53,939 nt of DNA from a virus (lineage: Duplodnaviria; Caudoviricetes). Made by a program: the position numbers and the translations under genes. The DNA lies in the IMG/VR virus record IMGVR_UViG_3300030419_006158, positions 1 through 53,939 of that record; one strand, 5' to 3'. Below, in pieces: positions 37,342-45,924 of this stretch (the stretch's first letter is position 1; every line of letters begins with the position of its first letter). Under the pieces are notes generated by a model. It was not told the DNA's origin. It made no database searches and worked only from the letters and a program-made list of their open reading frames with translations.

Positions 37342-37635
37342 TTATGGCGTACTTGCGTGACAATCATAACATCTATCTTGCATTAGTTTATGATCGAGCA
37401 TCAGTTCGTGTCTTATATTCCATCTTTCGATGTCGTGTTGATCAGGTAAACTACCTGGTTCTACGTCATATTCAGCAGCGTAATAATAAATAGTAAGTTG
37501 CCGTCGGTAGTTGTGACACTCTGCCATTTGTGCGGCTTGTTTTGCTTTTGCTGAAGCTGATAGTAACATCCCTGTTAATATTGAGATTATTGTTATAGTT
37601 ACTAAAAGTTCGAGTAAGGTGTAACCTTTTCTCAT
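37342..37635 (-). CDS. Short prepilin-type protein with C-terminal CxxCH
   Basis: [12 protein letters not shown] class III signal peptide; C-terminal CYDCH. Confidence 0.8.
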   Translation of the reverse strand: MRKGYTLLELLVTITIISILTGMLLSASAKAKQAAQMAECHNYRRQLTIYYYAAEYDVEPGSLPDQHDIERWNIRHELMLDHKLMQDRCYDCHASTP

Positions 37636-38612
37636 TGCATAGGTTTCCATGTTGGATGGTGACCCCATGTATCATTCCAGTACCATCCCCAGGAATCGTA
37701 CGATTGCCCATCAATATTTCTAATATTCCAAGGTCTAAAATATCTAGATACACCACTATGAACTTTTCGCCAAGGATGATTATTAGGGTTTGGTTCAGTG
37801 GCTCTATCACTTAACCATTTTATATCTCTATTGTTAGGACTAACGAAAAGATCTCTTGTTGTTGTAGGGTTTTGTACTGATTGAGGAATAACTTTAGTAT
37901 CCTCTTCTAACCATCTTCTAAATTCCACATGAGCATCTACGAAAGAAACTACAGAGCCATAATTATGGTAAACACCAGGCCAGTCCATAGAGAATGCGCT
38001 CTCTTTTCCAGTTAAGGTAGGAGGTACTCTAAAGTTACCAGCGTTTATAGATTGTGGAGGCATTTCAATAAAAGTAAAAATAGAAGAAGGGTCTCTTACA
38101 TCATCATATGTATGATAAATTTTATGCTGAGTGTCAGCTTCGAAAGGCCAACCTGACCACCCTCCAACAAAAATATTTACGCTATAAGATCTAGGTCTTT
38201 TTTTTATAATGTTAACCCAATTAGTAGCGTCTTTAGCTTTTTCTTGCCAAACTACCGTTGACTTATCTCCGGGACATCCAAAAATCCCCATACCCGCATA
38301 AGGCTTAAGCGGTGACCAAAACAATGGCCTGTCTGTTTGACCCCAAGCTCCACTGCCACTCATGCTATCTGCAACCCAAGCCCACATACCTGTTGGTTCA
38401 GCTCTCCATGCAGACGCATAAGGAAATCTATCTTCATGGTCACCTGCAAATTCAGCATAAGCTAAATTGAGTTGGCGTTGATTGTTTATGCAGGCAGCTT
38501 GCCATCCTGTTTGTTTAGCTGATGAAAGAGCTGGTAGTAGTAATGCAGCTAGTATAGCAATGATTGCAATTACTACAAGTAGTTCGATTAAACTAAAGCC
38601 TTTCTTGAACAT
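37632..38612 (-). CDS. Prepilin-type / DUF1559 (H-X9-DG) pseudopilin-like protein
   Basis: [59 protein letters not shown]; late promoter near 38620. Confidence 0.92.
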   Translation of the reverse strand: MFKKGFSLIELLVVIAIIAILAALLLPALSSAKQTGWQAACINNQRQLNLAYAEFAGDHEDRFPYASAWRAEPTGMWAWVADSMSGSGAWGQTDRPLFWSPLKPYAGMGIFGCPGDKSTVVWQEKAKDATNWVNIIKKRPRSYSVNIFVGGWSGWPFEADTQHKIYHTYDDVRDPSSIFTFIEMPPQSINAGNFRVPPTLTGKESAFSMDWPGVYHNYGSVVSFVDAHVEFRRWLEEDTKVIPQSVQNPTTTRDLFVSPNNRDIKWLSDRATEPNPNNHPWRKVHSGVSRYFRPWNIRNIDGQSYDSWGWYWNDTWGHHPTWKPMQ

Positions 38613-38657
38613 ATCTAAATATTTATTCTCAGATTTCTGGAGAAAAAATATATATTT

Positions 38658-38879
38658 TTACTTAGTGAGATAAGTTACTATGATAGAACAAATAACGCCC
38701 ATCACAGCACCTCCAATAGTACCAATCATTGCTATCTTGGAATTTTGAGTAGCTACTTGAAGCTCTATCTTTTTTTGATTGTCTTGTAAGCGACCTATAT
38801 CCCCATCGAGTCTATGTAACTCACTGAGTACTAACCGTCTCCACTCGGCCCAAGACCCATTTTCTTTAGGTTCATTCAT
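38658..38879 (-). CDS. Small coiled-coil plus C-terminal TM protein
   Basis: W.EW..LVL.EL.RL; C-terminal TM helix. Confidence 0.65.
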   Translation of the reverse strand: MNEPKENGSWAEWRRLVLSELHRLDGDIGRLQDNQKKIELQVATQNSKIAMIGTIGGAVMGVICSIIVTYLTK

Positions 38880-39213
38880 GCGATATAAGAGTCACTTTCT
38901 TATGTATAAGTTTACCATCACGCCGTAAGTCTGTTACTTTTACCATGTGTTTCGTGTCGTGTATCGTAATTGTTCTAGATCGTTTATTATTCGTTAAAAC
39001 ATCTATACCAAGAATAGTATTTAGACCCTTATTGTGAATTTCTTCTTTATTCACATCAAATGACCTTTGAAAATAATCGTTACACCATTTGATTCTTCCA
39101 GCCTCTGATACTAACACAATAGAATAATCAGCCTTTGTAACGTAATCTATAAAATCGTTTTCATGCAGCTCTAGCTGATGAGTTAATTTCTCTAACTTCT
39201 TTAAATTAGTCAC
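38872..39213 (-). CDS. Stand-alone PAS-like domain protein
   Basis: IVLV...GRI.WCN..F...F....EEI....L..IL. Confidence 0.6.
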   Translation of the reverse strand: MTNLKKLEKLTHQLELHENDFIDYVTKADYSIVLVSEAGRIKWCNDYFQRSFDVNKEEIHNKGLNTILGIDVLTNNKRSRTITIHDTKHMVKVTDLRRDGKLIHKKVTLISHE

Positions 39214-39247
39214 TTGTAATTATTTATGGAAACGCTATAATGTATTT

Positions 39248-39574
39248 ATGCGTTACGATAACGTTGCAGATAAGGAAAATTGTTTTTCCTGCCAAAAACC
39301 AATCCAAGGTAAATGGGATAGTCAAGTTCACCTAGGTATGTTAACAGGTGAATTAAACAACAATAGTATATACAATCTCTTTATTTACGACAAGCATATA
39401 AAATGCTCTCCAAGTCGCGCGCAACGGATCATTCACCCTGCATATCCGCAGGTGTTTGATGATAGGGAGTCGTTTGATATTCGACTGTGGGATGAGGATG
39501 AACGAACCAAGTGGGTGAAGATATATACCGATGCTTGGGTTAAGCTTCAAGAGAAATATAATCCTAATTGGTAA
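39248..39574 (+). CDS. Hypothetical protein with CxxC...HxxC
   Basis: CFSC...HIKCSPSRAQ.I. Confidence 0.6.
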   Translation: MRYDNVADKENCFSCQKPIQGKWDSQVHLGMLTGELNNNSIYNLFIYDKHIKCSPSRAQRIIHPAYPQVFDDRESFDIRLWDEDERTKWVKIYTDAWVKLQEKYNPNW

Positions 39575-39580
39575 AAGACC

Positions 39581-39608
39581 TTGCTCTTGTACATTAATTA
39601 TATATAAT
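39581..39608 (+). promoter_or_regulatory. Sigma70-type early promoter
   Basis: TTGCTC-N16-TATAAT. Confidence 0.6.
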
Positions 39609-39619
39609 ATAATATTGTT

Positions 39620-39808
39620 ATGGTTGTTATAACAGAAGACGATTTTAAAGAATATGTTGAAGATTTAACTAGAAATAACACTTGTCATCGACCTGATATT
39701 AGTTGTTATGATATATGTGATCCTTGTCCGTATGTAAAATACTGTCTGTGTGAGTTAAATACTCGTTTAAATTCTAGAAGAAAACGTAGAAAATTGAAGA
39801 AAATTTAA
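39620..39808 (+). CDS. Small Cys-rich protein
   Basis: C.RPD...C..CPY...C.C. Confidence 0.6.
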   Translation: MVVITEDDFKEYVEDLTRNNTCHRPDISCYDICDPCPYVKYCLCELNTRLNSRRKRRKLKKI

Positions 39809-39822
39809 TAAATATTAACGAT

Positions 39823-40191
39823 ATGAAGAAGACATTATTGACATTAGCCGCTATCGGCTTTTTATCAACAACTACCCATGCCGGCTTTCTTGATCATTTC
39901 GGGGCTGGTTTGAAACCTGTGCCTTATTTGAAAGTTCCTCTAGTTAAGTTAGCAGTTCCTGCTCCATCTCTTGCAGTTGGACCTAGAGCTGGAACTGAAG
40001 TAGATGGTAAAGTTTCAGGTACTGGTGCTAGTGCAGCTCTTCCATGGATTCGTGGAGGAGTTAAATGGCCTAGCTTGACTCTGGGAGCGGGAGACGCCAA
40101 GGTGACGATTGGTCCTAAGGCTGCTAAAGGAGACGCTGCTAAGAAGAAGGCTGCTGCGGCCAAAAAGAAAAAGGCTGCTAAGAAGAAGTAA
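39823..40191 (+). CDS. Secreted protein with Ala/Lys-rich tail
   Basis: Signal peptide; AAKKK repeats; TAAATA at 39809. Confidence 0.65.
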   Translation: MKKTLLTLAAIGFLSTTTHAGFLDHFGAGLKPVPYLKVPLVKLAVPAPSLAVGPRAGTEVDGKVSGTGASAALPWIRGGVKWPSLTLGAGDAKVTIGPKAAKGDAAKKKAAAAKKKKAAKKK

Positions 40192-40215
40192 CCTATTCTT
40201 ATTCAATAAGTGGGG

Positions 40216-40246
40216 AGAGAGTCGACCATATGGTCGGCTCTTTTTT
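40216..40246 (+). terminator. Rho-independent terminator
   Basis: AGAGTCGACCA/TGGTCGGCTCT stem plus T run. Confidence 0.8.
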
Positions 40247-40283
40247 ATGTTTTTTCGTAAGGAATTCAATAAATAATATACGT

Positions 40284-40574
40284 ATGAAAAAGTTAACTAA
40301 TGTCGGTGTTGTCTCCGCAGCAAACGTTTTAGCCGTGCTGGGAGCTCTTACTGGTCTAGTCAAGGTCACCATCTTACCTGTACTCGCTGTCATCGCAGCA
40401 GGTAACTTAGGTGATATAGATGCTGCTGTTAAAACAGTTGGTGAAGCTGCATCAAAAAATGTTGGTGATGTTGTTACATTTGCCGTGGTAGGATGGTTAG
40501 GTGGTGCTGTTTGGGCATGGCTACTCAATTTATCATTGAAATGGACAAAGGGTCTAACCTGGACAGTTAAGTAA
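40284..40574 (+). CDS. Membrane protein (DUF3566-like)
   Basis: VGV.SAA...TM...N...KWT.GL; TAAATA at 40270. Confidence 0.6.
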   Translation: MKKLTNVGVVSAANVLAVLGALTGLVKVTILPVLAVIAAGNLGDIDAAVKTVGEAASKNVGDVVTFAVVGWLGGAVWAWLLNLSLKWTKGLTWTVK

Positions 40575-40592
40575 GAAACACTTAGAAAATCG

Positions 40593-40626
40593 AAAGAGCC
40601 GGTCTTATTGATCGGCTCTTTTTTTA
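40593..40626. terminator. Bidirectional terminator
   Basis: AAAGAGCCGGTC/GATCGGCTCTTT stem with T run, between convergent genes. Confidence 0.8.
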
Positions 40627-41378
40627 TACAATCGGTCTATAAGATTAACTTGTATAGATCGACGAAGTACTTTAGATGTTTTAGGATTTGTCATTGCGTG
40701 GTTAGAACATTTTCTATGAAAAGCTCCGTCGTCATCATACCATCCTTCATTAATTCTAGAAAACAAAAATAATGAATTAGGCTTATATGGTGCTATTTTA
40801 ACAAGGTCCTTATGAAAATCTAAATGAGGAGGTTTAGTAAAACTAGGATATAGTCTTGTACCTAAATTTTCATCGTCACCTTCATCGGCTAAATATAATA
40901 AAATTGAAAATATTTTTTGACCTGAATCAGCATGAATATGATATTCATATCCTGGAGTTTGTATGTCATATGTAGCATACATGCTTTCAGGTTTTGGTTG
41001 AGGTCGTTCGCTACATCTACCGCTATTTTTAAATTTTAACAAAAGAAGATCTTGCAAGTCTTTATTTAAAAAAATATTACAAAACTCTTTTGAGAGTGTA
41101 CGACTTCGAATGCGTTTTGGATCGATCCAACCCTTTTTTATATTCAGTTCCATGCTTTTTTCTTCATTAGGATGGTTACGACTGTCATAAAGGCATACTC
41201 GTCTCCGTGCTGGATTGTCTTTTCGGAGATTATGATCTATCAAACATAGTGTCTCTTTGTTAAGTTTATCATAAAATTCTTGCGGTAAGAAATTTTCTAC
41301 ATACATATGATCCCATGGATCAGTAGTTAGCATGGTTTGTGACACTTTTTGTTTCGTGAATTCTAGGATACTATCCAT
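40605..41378 (-). CDS. 2OG-Fe(II) oxygenase
   Basis: PW.H.YVENFLP, H.HAD, LLYL, GT.LY, distal H, RRSIQ. Confidence 0.8.
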   Translation of the reverse strand: MDSILEFTKQKVSQTMLTTDPWDHMYVENFLPQEFYDKLNKETLCLIDHNLRKDNPARRRVCLYDSRNHPNEEKSMELNIKKGWIDPKRIRSRTLSKEFCNIFLNKDLQDLLLLKFKNSGRCSERPQPKPESMYATYDIQTPGYEYHIHADSGQKIFSILLYLADEGDDENLGTRLYPSFTKPPHLDFHKDLVKIAPYKPNSLFLFSRINEGWYDDDGAFHRKCSNHAMTNPKTSKVLRRSIQVNLIDRLYKKRADQ

Positions 41379-41411
41379 AATTACCGATTATTTATTCCTT
41401 AAAAAAATTAG

Positions 41412-41440
41412 TTGCAAAATTAATGTGTGTATGTTATCAT
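41412..41440 (+). promoter_or_regulatory. Sigma70-type promoter
   Basis: TTGCAA-N17-TATCAT, 7 nt before ATG 41448. Confidence 0.5.
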
Positions 41441-41447
41441 ATGCGCT

Positions 41448-41690
41448 ATGAAAGACTTCTTAAGTTACAAATCTATGATAACTCCGGGAATTATAAAGAT
41501 CCTGAGCTATCTCGGAATGGTAGGTGCTATTATTTTTGGTATTTTCGCCATAGCCGCGGAACCACTTACTGGTGTTGGGCTTATTATTTTAGGACCAGTA
41601 GCAGTTCGTATTCAAGCTGAATTGATATTAGTTATGTTTGAGATTCACGCTGAACTAAAAAAGGTAAATCACGGTATTAGGAAAAAGTAG
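41448..41690 (+). CDS. DUF4282 membrane protein
   Basis: FL....MITP.IIK..Y.G...R...EL..V.F.I. Confidence 0.75.
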   Translation: MKDFLSYKSMITPGIIKILSYLGMVGAIIFGIFAIAAEPLTGVGLIILGPVAVRIQAELILVMFEIHAELKKVNHGIRKK

Positions 41691-42503
41691 ATGAAAGATC
41701 TATTTCGTCCTGGTCCGTTTGAATATAGAATGGGGCTTAGTAAAGGGAAGGCTGAAGACTTCTTTAAACATGACCCAGAGGACGAAATAGTTCTAAAAGA
41801 ACGAAAACGGATACTTTCTGAACATCCAGAAAGACATTGCGAGTTGTTAGACGAAGGTAGAGATTCCTTAGAAGAATTCAATGAATTGTTAGTACACTGG
41901 GGAATCATACCTTCGTCATTATCTTTAAAGAAATTAGGAGAATCAATTTCACCTGATGTTCTTTTTATGAAAGGAGACACTCTTCTCGGTGGTTGTGTTT
42001 GTTTTCCATCTTCGTGGGCTTTTGAGGATAAAGTAGGAAAGTCTCTTGATTGGATTCATGGAGCTGTTCCTACACTAAATGAAAAATTTGCTGATAAGAT
42101 TACGCATTTTATTAATAAAATACCTAAAGACATAGGATGGCTGCGGAGTAATTGGGGGCTCTCGGGAGATAATTTATTGAATCATCACCCTGCATTAAAC
42201 TTACCACAATTAACAGAGAGCACAAGTATGAATGATATTTGGTTTAGAGTTGAAAGGCAATTATTATTTTCTCTCCCTAAAACACAAAGTGTTCTATTTG
42301 GAATTAGGGTACAAAATTACCCCCTTTTTGAGGCTGTCGAAGATGAAGAAGTTAAGACTGGTCTACTCGAAGCATTAAAAACTATGCCAAAAGAAATCGC
42401 AAAGTATAAAAATATAAATCGAGTTCAAGATTCTATTATAAATCATTTAACAGGTACAACTATTATTTGTAGTAATCAATTTGATAGAATATTAAGTACG
42501 TGA
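41691..42503 (+). CDS. DUF3445 heme-dependent oxidative N-demethylase alpha-subunit-like protein
   Basis: CVCFPSSW...KVG..L..IH..VP, R.NW, RVERQ.L..LP.T..VLF.IR, YK. Confidence 0.85.
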   Translation: MKDLFRPGPFEYRMGLSKGKAEDFFKHDPEDEIVLKERKRILSEHPERHCELLDEGRDSLEEFNELLVHWGIIPSSLSLKKLGESISPDVLFMKGDTLLGGCVCFPSSWAFEDKVGKSLDWIHGAVPTLNEKFADKITHFINKIPKDIGWLRSNWGLSGDNLLNHHPALNLPQLTESTSMNDIWFRVERQLLFSLPKTQSVLFGIRVQNYPLFEAVEDEEVKTGLLEALKTMPKEIAKYKNINRVQDSIINHLTGTTIICSNQFDRILST

Positions 42504-42799
42504 TCAAGATTATCCCAAGTCACTCTATTAATAGTTATACAAGGCTGCCTTTTCTGTACTTCAGATACTCGTAGACCATAAACCTGTTCATCAGGCTCAA
42601 TTAATTCAGATATAAAATCATACAAACCCGTTTGTTTAACCCATTTATAATACAGGTCTTTGTTATGCTTTTCAGTCTCTAATAGAAATTCTGTATCCTT
42701 TTTTAAAAATATGGACACATATAAACAGACTGATCTTAAAGCAAGGTTTTCCGAGGGGGGAGTAACTATTCCTTCGTAAAATATAATTGGCTTAGACAT
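42476..42799 (-). CDS. Hypothetical protein
   Basis: 107 aa ORF coupled to an upstream small gene. Confidence 0.55.
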   Translation of the reverse strand: MSKPIIFYEGIVTPPSENLALRSVCLYVSIFLKKDTEFLLETEKHNKDLYYKWVKQTGLYDFISELIEPDEQVYGLRVSEVQKRQPCITINRVTWDNLDHVLNILSN

Positions 42800-42944
42800 C
42801 TCTTTTTTCTTTATCTTTTTTCTTGCACTTGTCGCAAACTACTCGCATTGATTTACGCTGTTGCAAGTAATATGTATCGGGCAACACTTCCCAGGTTAAT
42901 TGATATTCCGGGAACGTTTTTTTACATATAGAACACTCGCACAT
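42792..42944 (-). CDS. Small zinc-finger protein
   Basis: CSIC...CDKC; minus-strand TAAATA near 42951. Confidence 0.55.
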   Translation of the reverse strand: MCECSICKKTFPEYQLTWEVLPDTYYLQQRKSMRVVCDKCKKKDKEKRDV

Positions 42945-43010
42945 ATAAATATTTAAGATAATAAGGCTGGATGATTTTTCCGGAAACCTTATAATAAATG
43001 AGTTGTTGAT

Positions 43011-43691
43011 ATGAAAACGTTTAAACAGTTTCACGAAGATAATGAAATTGCAGTAAAAGACCCTTTCGATTTAGGAAACATTGAACCTTCTTTTACTGAT
43101 TTTCTAGATCGGTTAGTTGACATGCGTGCGTCTATTAAAGCAATATTAGACTTAGGTACATTTGATTTAGGTACACAGCGTACATTTAATACGGTCACTG
43201 ATCCTGCGGTAAATGCAGCAGTAGATTTTCATGAAGCCCTACAAACATTTGTCAACAGAGATGAAAAGGGTCGAGGTCCAAGTAATTTTCGACCAAGAGT
43301 ATATGAAACAGAAAAGTTCAAGCAACACAATAATTACGATGAGTATGCACAACTAGAAAAATTAAAACGTTCAGCTTTTCGTGATAGGTTTATGGCGAGG
43401 AAGGCTAAAGATGATGAAGCACTAGCCGCAGCAGAAGCTGAGTATTCACGCATAGCGGATGCACAGGCACAAACTGAGTACTGGAGAGCATATACACAAG
43501 CTAAAAAAGAGGAAGATGAATATGTAGATGTTTTACACAGGTCGCCTTTAAGTCGTGAAGCGTTAAAGAATGACGGTAGTGAGGAGTATAAAAACGCTGA
43601 AGCCGCATATAACCATCCTAATTTTGATATTAATGTTTATGGAGGTTTAGTTAAAAAGCAGATAGAAAGTATCAGATCTGCGTTGTCTTGA
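43011..43691 (+). CDS. Hypothetical protein with capsid-targeting-like N-terminus
   Basis: MKTFKQFHE; TATAAT at 42990. Confidence 0.65.
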   Translation: MKTFKQFHEDNEIAVKDPFDLGNIEPSFTDFLDRLVDMRASIKAILDLGTFDLGTQRTFNTVTDPAVNAAVDFHEALQTFVNRDEKGRGPSNFRPRVYETEKFKQHNNYDEYAQLEKLKRSAFRDRFMARKAKDDEALAAAEAEYSRIADAQAQTEYWRAYTQAKKEEDEYVDVLHRSPLSREALKNDGSEEYKNAEAAYNHPNFDINVYGGLVKKQIESIRSALS

Positions 43692-43715
43692 TTTATGGTA
43701 AAAAGGTCATATAAT
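43688..43715 (+). promoter_or_regulatory. Sigma70-type early promoter
   Basis: TTGATT-N16-TATAAT, 7 nt before ATG 43723. Confidence 0.6.
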
Positions 43716-43722
43716 GAACAAC

Positions 43723-43923
43723 ATGAGCTTGGAACGAAGAGTATTTATTTGTTTTGTTATTGTGGTCGCATTTTTTTGTAGTGGGTGTTCGTCGACTAAA
43801 TGGGAATGGTTACCACAAGAACCACATACAGACGACCAACGCAGAGGCGAGTATTCTCGACTAGATAAAGACCGTAAAGAAGTTGGCGGTGTTCAAATAA
43901 CTGTATTAAAAGCGAGTTTCTAA
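43723..43923 (+). CDS. Small lipoprotein
   Basis: FFCSGC lipobox. Confidence 0.6.
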   Translation: MSLERRVFICFVIVVAFFCSGCSSTKWEWLPQEPHTDDQRRGEYSRLDKDRKEVGGVQITVLKASF

Positions 43924-44319
43924 ATGGAAGATTTTGAAAAATTCGAACTTGAAGTGGGTAGGTGGTTCATGAGAGCTGTAGCGTTTATAGGTTTATTCCT
44001 CGGGATAATGTTTACCTTTTGGGCTCACGGTGCTCCTAGTAAACCAATTGATGCTGATATGGAAGTAAAGGTTCCTGGATTAGTTTGTCCTTCATGTGCT
44101 ATCGGTATTAAAAGAAATCTTAAAAGACAAGTCAATGTTAAATATATTGCGTTTGATATTGCAAAGGAATTGGTTCTTATTGACTTTGTTGAGATTGAAG
44201 GATTTATTCATTATCTAAAAAATGATAAAATTATAAAATTAGTTAAAGACGCAGGATATGAGGTTTCTTCTATTAAACGCCTCGATAATAATAAACCAAA
44301 TCGTTATAATAAACCCTGA
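43924..44319 (+). CDS. Exported heavy-metal-associated (HMA) domain protein
   Basis: TM/signal segment, then V.GLVCPSCA.GI...AGY.V. Confidence 0.8.
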   Translation: MEDFEKFELEVGRWFMRAVAFIGLFLGIMFTFWAHGAPSKPIDADMEVKVPGLVCPSCAIGIKRNLKRQVNVKYIAFDIAKELVLIDFVEIEGFIHYLKNDKIIKLVKDAGYEVSSIKRLDNNKPNRYNKP

Positions 44320-44357
44320 ATATTTACTTTAACGGTAAAGTTCCCTCACATTTCCAA

Positions 44358-44403
44358 AACTTTACTTAAGTAAAGTTCCTAAAGTCACTATTCCTTAAGG
44401 AAT
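44358..44403. repeat. Two perfect palindromes with CTTAAG centres
   Basis: AACTTTACTTAAGTAAAGTT (44358-44377) and ATTCCTTAAGGAAT (44390-44403). Confidence 0.8.
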
Positions 44404-44429
44404 TTGACCATTATTTCCGGAGAAAAGGC

Positions 44430-44457
44430 TTGCTGTTTTCGCAAAAGCCGCCATAAT
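44430..44457 (+). promoter_or_regulatory. Sigma70-type early promoter
   Basis: TTGCTG-N16-CATAAT. Confidence 0.6.
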
Positions 44458-44470
44458 ATTGGTGTTGTTG

Positions 44471-44854
44471 ATGAATACGATGAATGATTATTCTAAAATA
44501 TCGGCTGAGAACGCAAGTTCCAGGATGGCGACAGTTAGCGGTGAAGAAGCTTTTATGTCTAATGCGAAAACAAATACACAAACAGGGACCCTCAAATGGG
44601 GTGAGCGCAGGTTAATGGAGAATAAAGACTTTGCATTTGGAGATGTGACGGTTTATTCTGTTCCAGTTGAGGGTGAGATTGATCGAAATAAAATCCATAT
44701 TGCTCTAACTAAGAAGTTTCCAGCGCAATCAGGACAAGGACGTATGAGATGGTTTACCGGTTTCGCGGTTCTTGTTAAAGGTGAGATCGGGTTTAAGAGA
44801 TCTAAGTTTGAGAATTCTGTGACAGTCGAGGAGCACTACGCGCTAGCTAATTAA
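44471..44854 (+). CDS. Early hypothetical protein
   Basis: ORF downstream of the promoter and a GTTGTT leader. Confidence 0.6.
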   Translation: MNTMNDYSKISAENASSRMATVSGEEAFMSNAKTNTQTGTLKWGERRLMENKDFAFGDVTVYSVPVEGEIDRNKIHIALTKKFPAQSGQGRMRWFTGFAVLVKGEIGFKRSKFENSVTVEEHYALAN

Positions 44855-44865
44855 GCTAGCCGTAC

Positions 44866-44904
44866 TCTCAGGATAAGCTATAATTATTGCGTTGTTAGAG
44901 ATGA
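44866..44904 (+). repeat. 39-bp promoter/leader direct repeat, copy 1
   Basis: TCTCAGGATAAGCTATAATTATTGCGTTGTTAGAGATGA, identical to 45633-45671. Confidence 0.9.
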
Positions 44905-45062
44905 TAAGAGAACGAGAAACAGTTGGATTGCTCAAAGAGAAGCAAATGATCTTTCCGGAATGGATGCAGAAAGCTGTCGAGGGATTAAAAGATAGTGATT
45001 TTGTAACAGTCATAAGACAGCACACACCATTCGGGTCGTTTGTGCTTGGTATTGAAAAATAA
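44901..45062 (+). CDS. Early small protein (53 aa, not in ORF track)
   Basis: ATG lies within the repeated leader. Confidence 0.6.
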   Translation: MIRERETVGLLKEKQMIFPEWMQKAVEGLKDSDFVTVIRQHTPFGSFVLGIEK

Positions 45063-45064
45063 AG

Positions 45065-45289
45065 ATGAAACTGACTTACGATAGTAACTTCGAGCGTCGT
45101 AGAGATCCGAGAGGACCTCTTGCAATGAAAAAAGGAGCACTTAAATTCAAAGAATGGGAGAAGCTTCCAAGTGATATTAAATTAACTAGAGGAGAGTGCA
45201 ACCAGCTTTACAATATTCTTACCTGGAATCTATCTAATCCAGAGTTTAAAGTAATGCAGATTATTCGCAAATTAGAAAAACAAATATAA
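45065..45289 (+). CDS. Early hypothetical protein
   Basis: 74 aa ORF in the operon. Confidence 0.6.
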   Translation: MKLTYDSNFERRRDPRGPLAMKKGALKFKEWEKLPSDIKLTRGECNQLYNILTWNLSNPEFKVMQIIRKLEKQI

Positions 45290-45627
45290 TGCCTGTGACT
45301 TGTAAAACAGTATTAATACCCTATTGGAGCTCTCAGCTAGAGGAGTCTTGGAATGGTAAAAATTATATCAGCTCAGCTGAGCATGACTGGCAGTATGGTG
45401 TGCAGTGGAGAATTTGGTGGAAAATAACTGATGGTGTTAAGCACATCGCTGAAGCCCGAATCTGGGAATATGATCGTGCTCGGGACACGTTCGGTTGGAT
45501 TAAAAAAGAAGTGTTTGCTTTTAAGAATGTTTTTAATAAAAACTTAGTACCGGGTGGACACATTCCTGCTATCTTAAAGGATACGTACTACGAACTTCAT
45601 CTAGAAACCATTAAGAAGGCCGCTTGA
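45289..45627 (+). CDS. Early hypothetical protein
   Basis: 112 aa, TAATG coupling. Confidence 0.6.
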   Translation: MPVTCKTVLIPYWSSQLEESWNGKNYISSAEHDWQYGVQWRIWWKITDGVKHIAEARIWEYDRARDTFGWIKKEVFAFKNVFNKNLVPGGHIPAILKDTYYELHLETIKKAA

Positions 45628-45632
45628 TATCT

Positions 45633-45671
45633 TCTCAGGATAAGCTATAATTATTGCGTTGTTAGAGATGA
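45633..45671 (+). repeat. 39-bp promoter/leader direct repeat, copy 2
   Basis: Identical to 44866-44904; TTGATA (45624)-N16-TATAAT. Confidence 0.9.
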
Positions 45672-45901
45672 GTGCTTACATTACAAAAGATTGGACATCG
45701 ACATACGATGAGAGACACGGCGGGGCATTTGACAGAGGTCGCGCAGACAGTTATTACGGTCGACGTCGAGACCCTCACTTCTATGTTAAGGACACGTATG
45801 ATAGTCCAAGGGTAGAAGAAAAGGATATGACTGCAGAAGAGCTAAAAGCATATAACGCAGGTTACGAAGGAACTGAGTTTAATTCTAAATATAGCGCTTG
45901 A
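45668..45901 (+). CDS. Conserved phage hypothetical protein
   Basis: RHGG.FDRG.ADSYY.R...PH...Y.AGY. Confidence 0.7.
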   Translation: MSAYITKDWTSTYDERHGGAFDRGRADSYYGRRRDPHFYVKDTYDSPRVEEKDMTAEELKAYNAGYEGTEFNSKYSA

Positions 45902-45924
45902 AATATTTTAAAGAAACAAATAAA

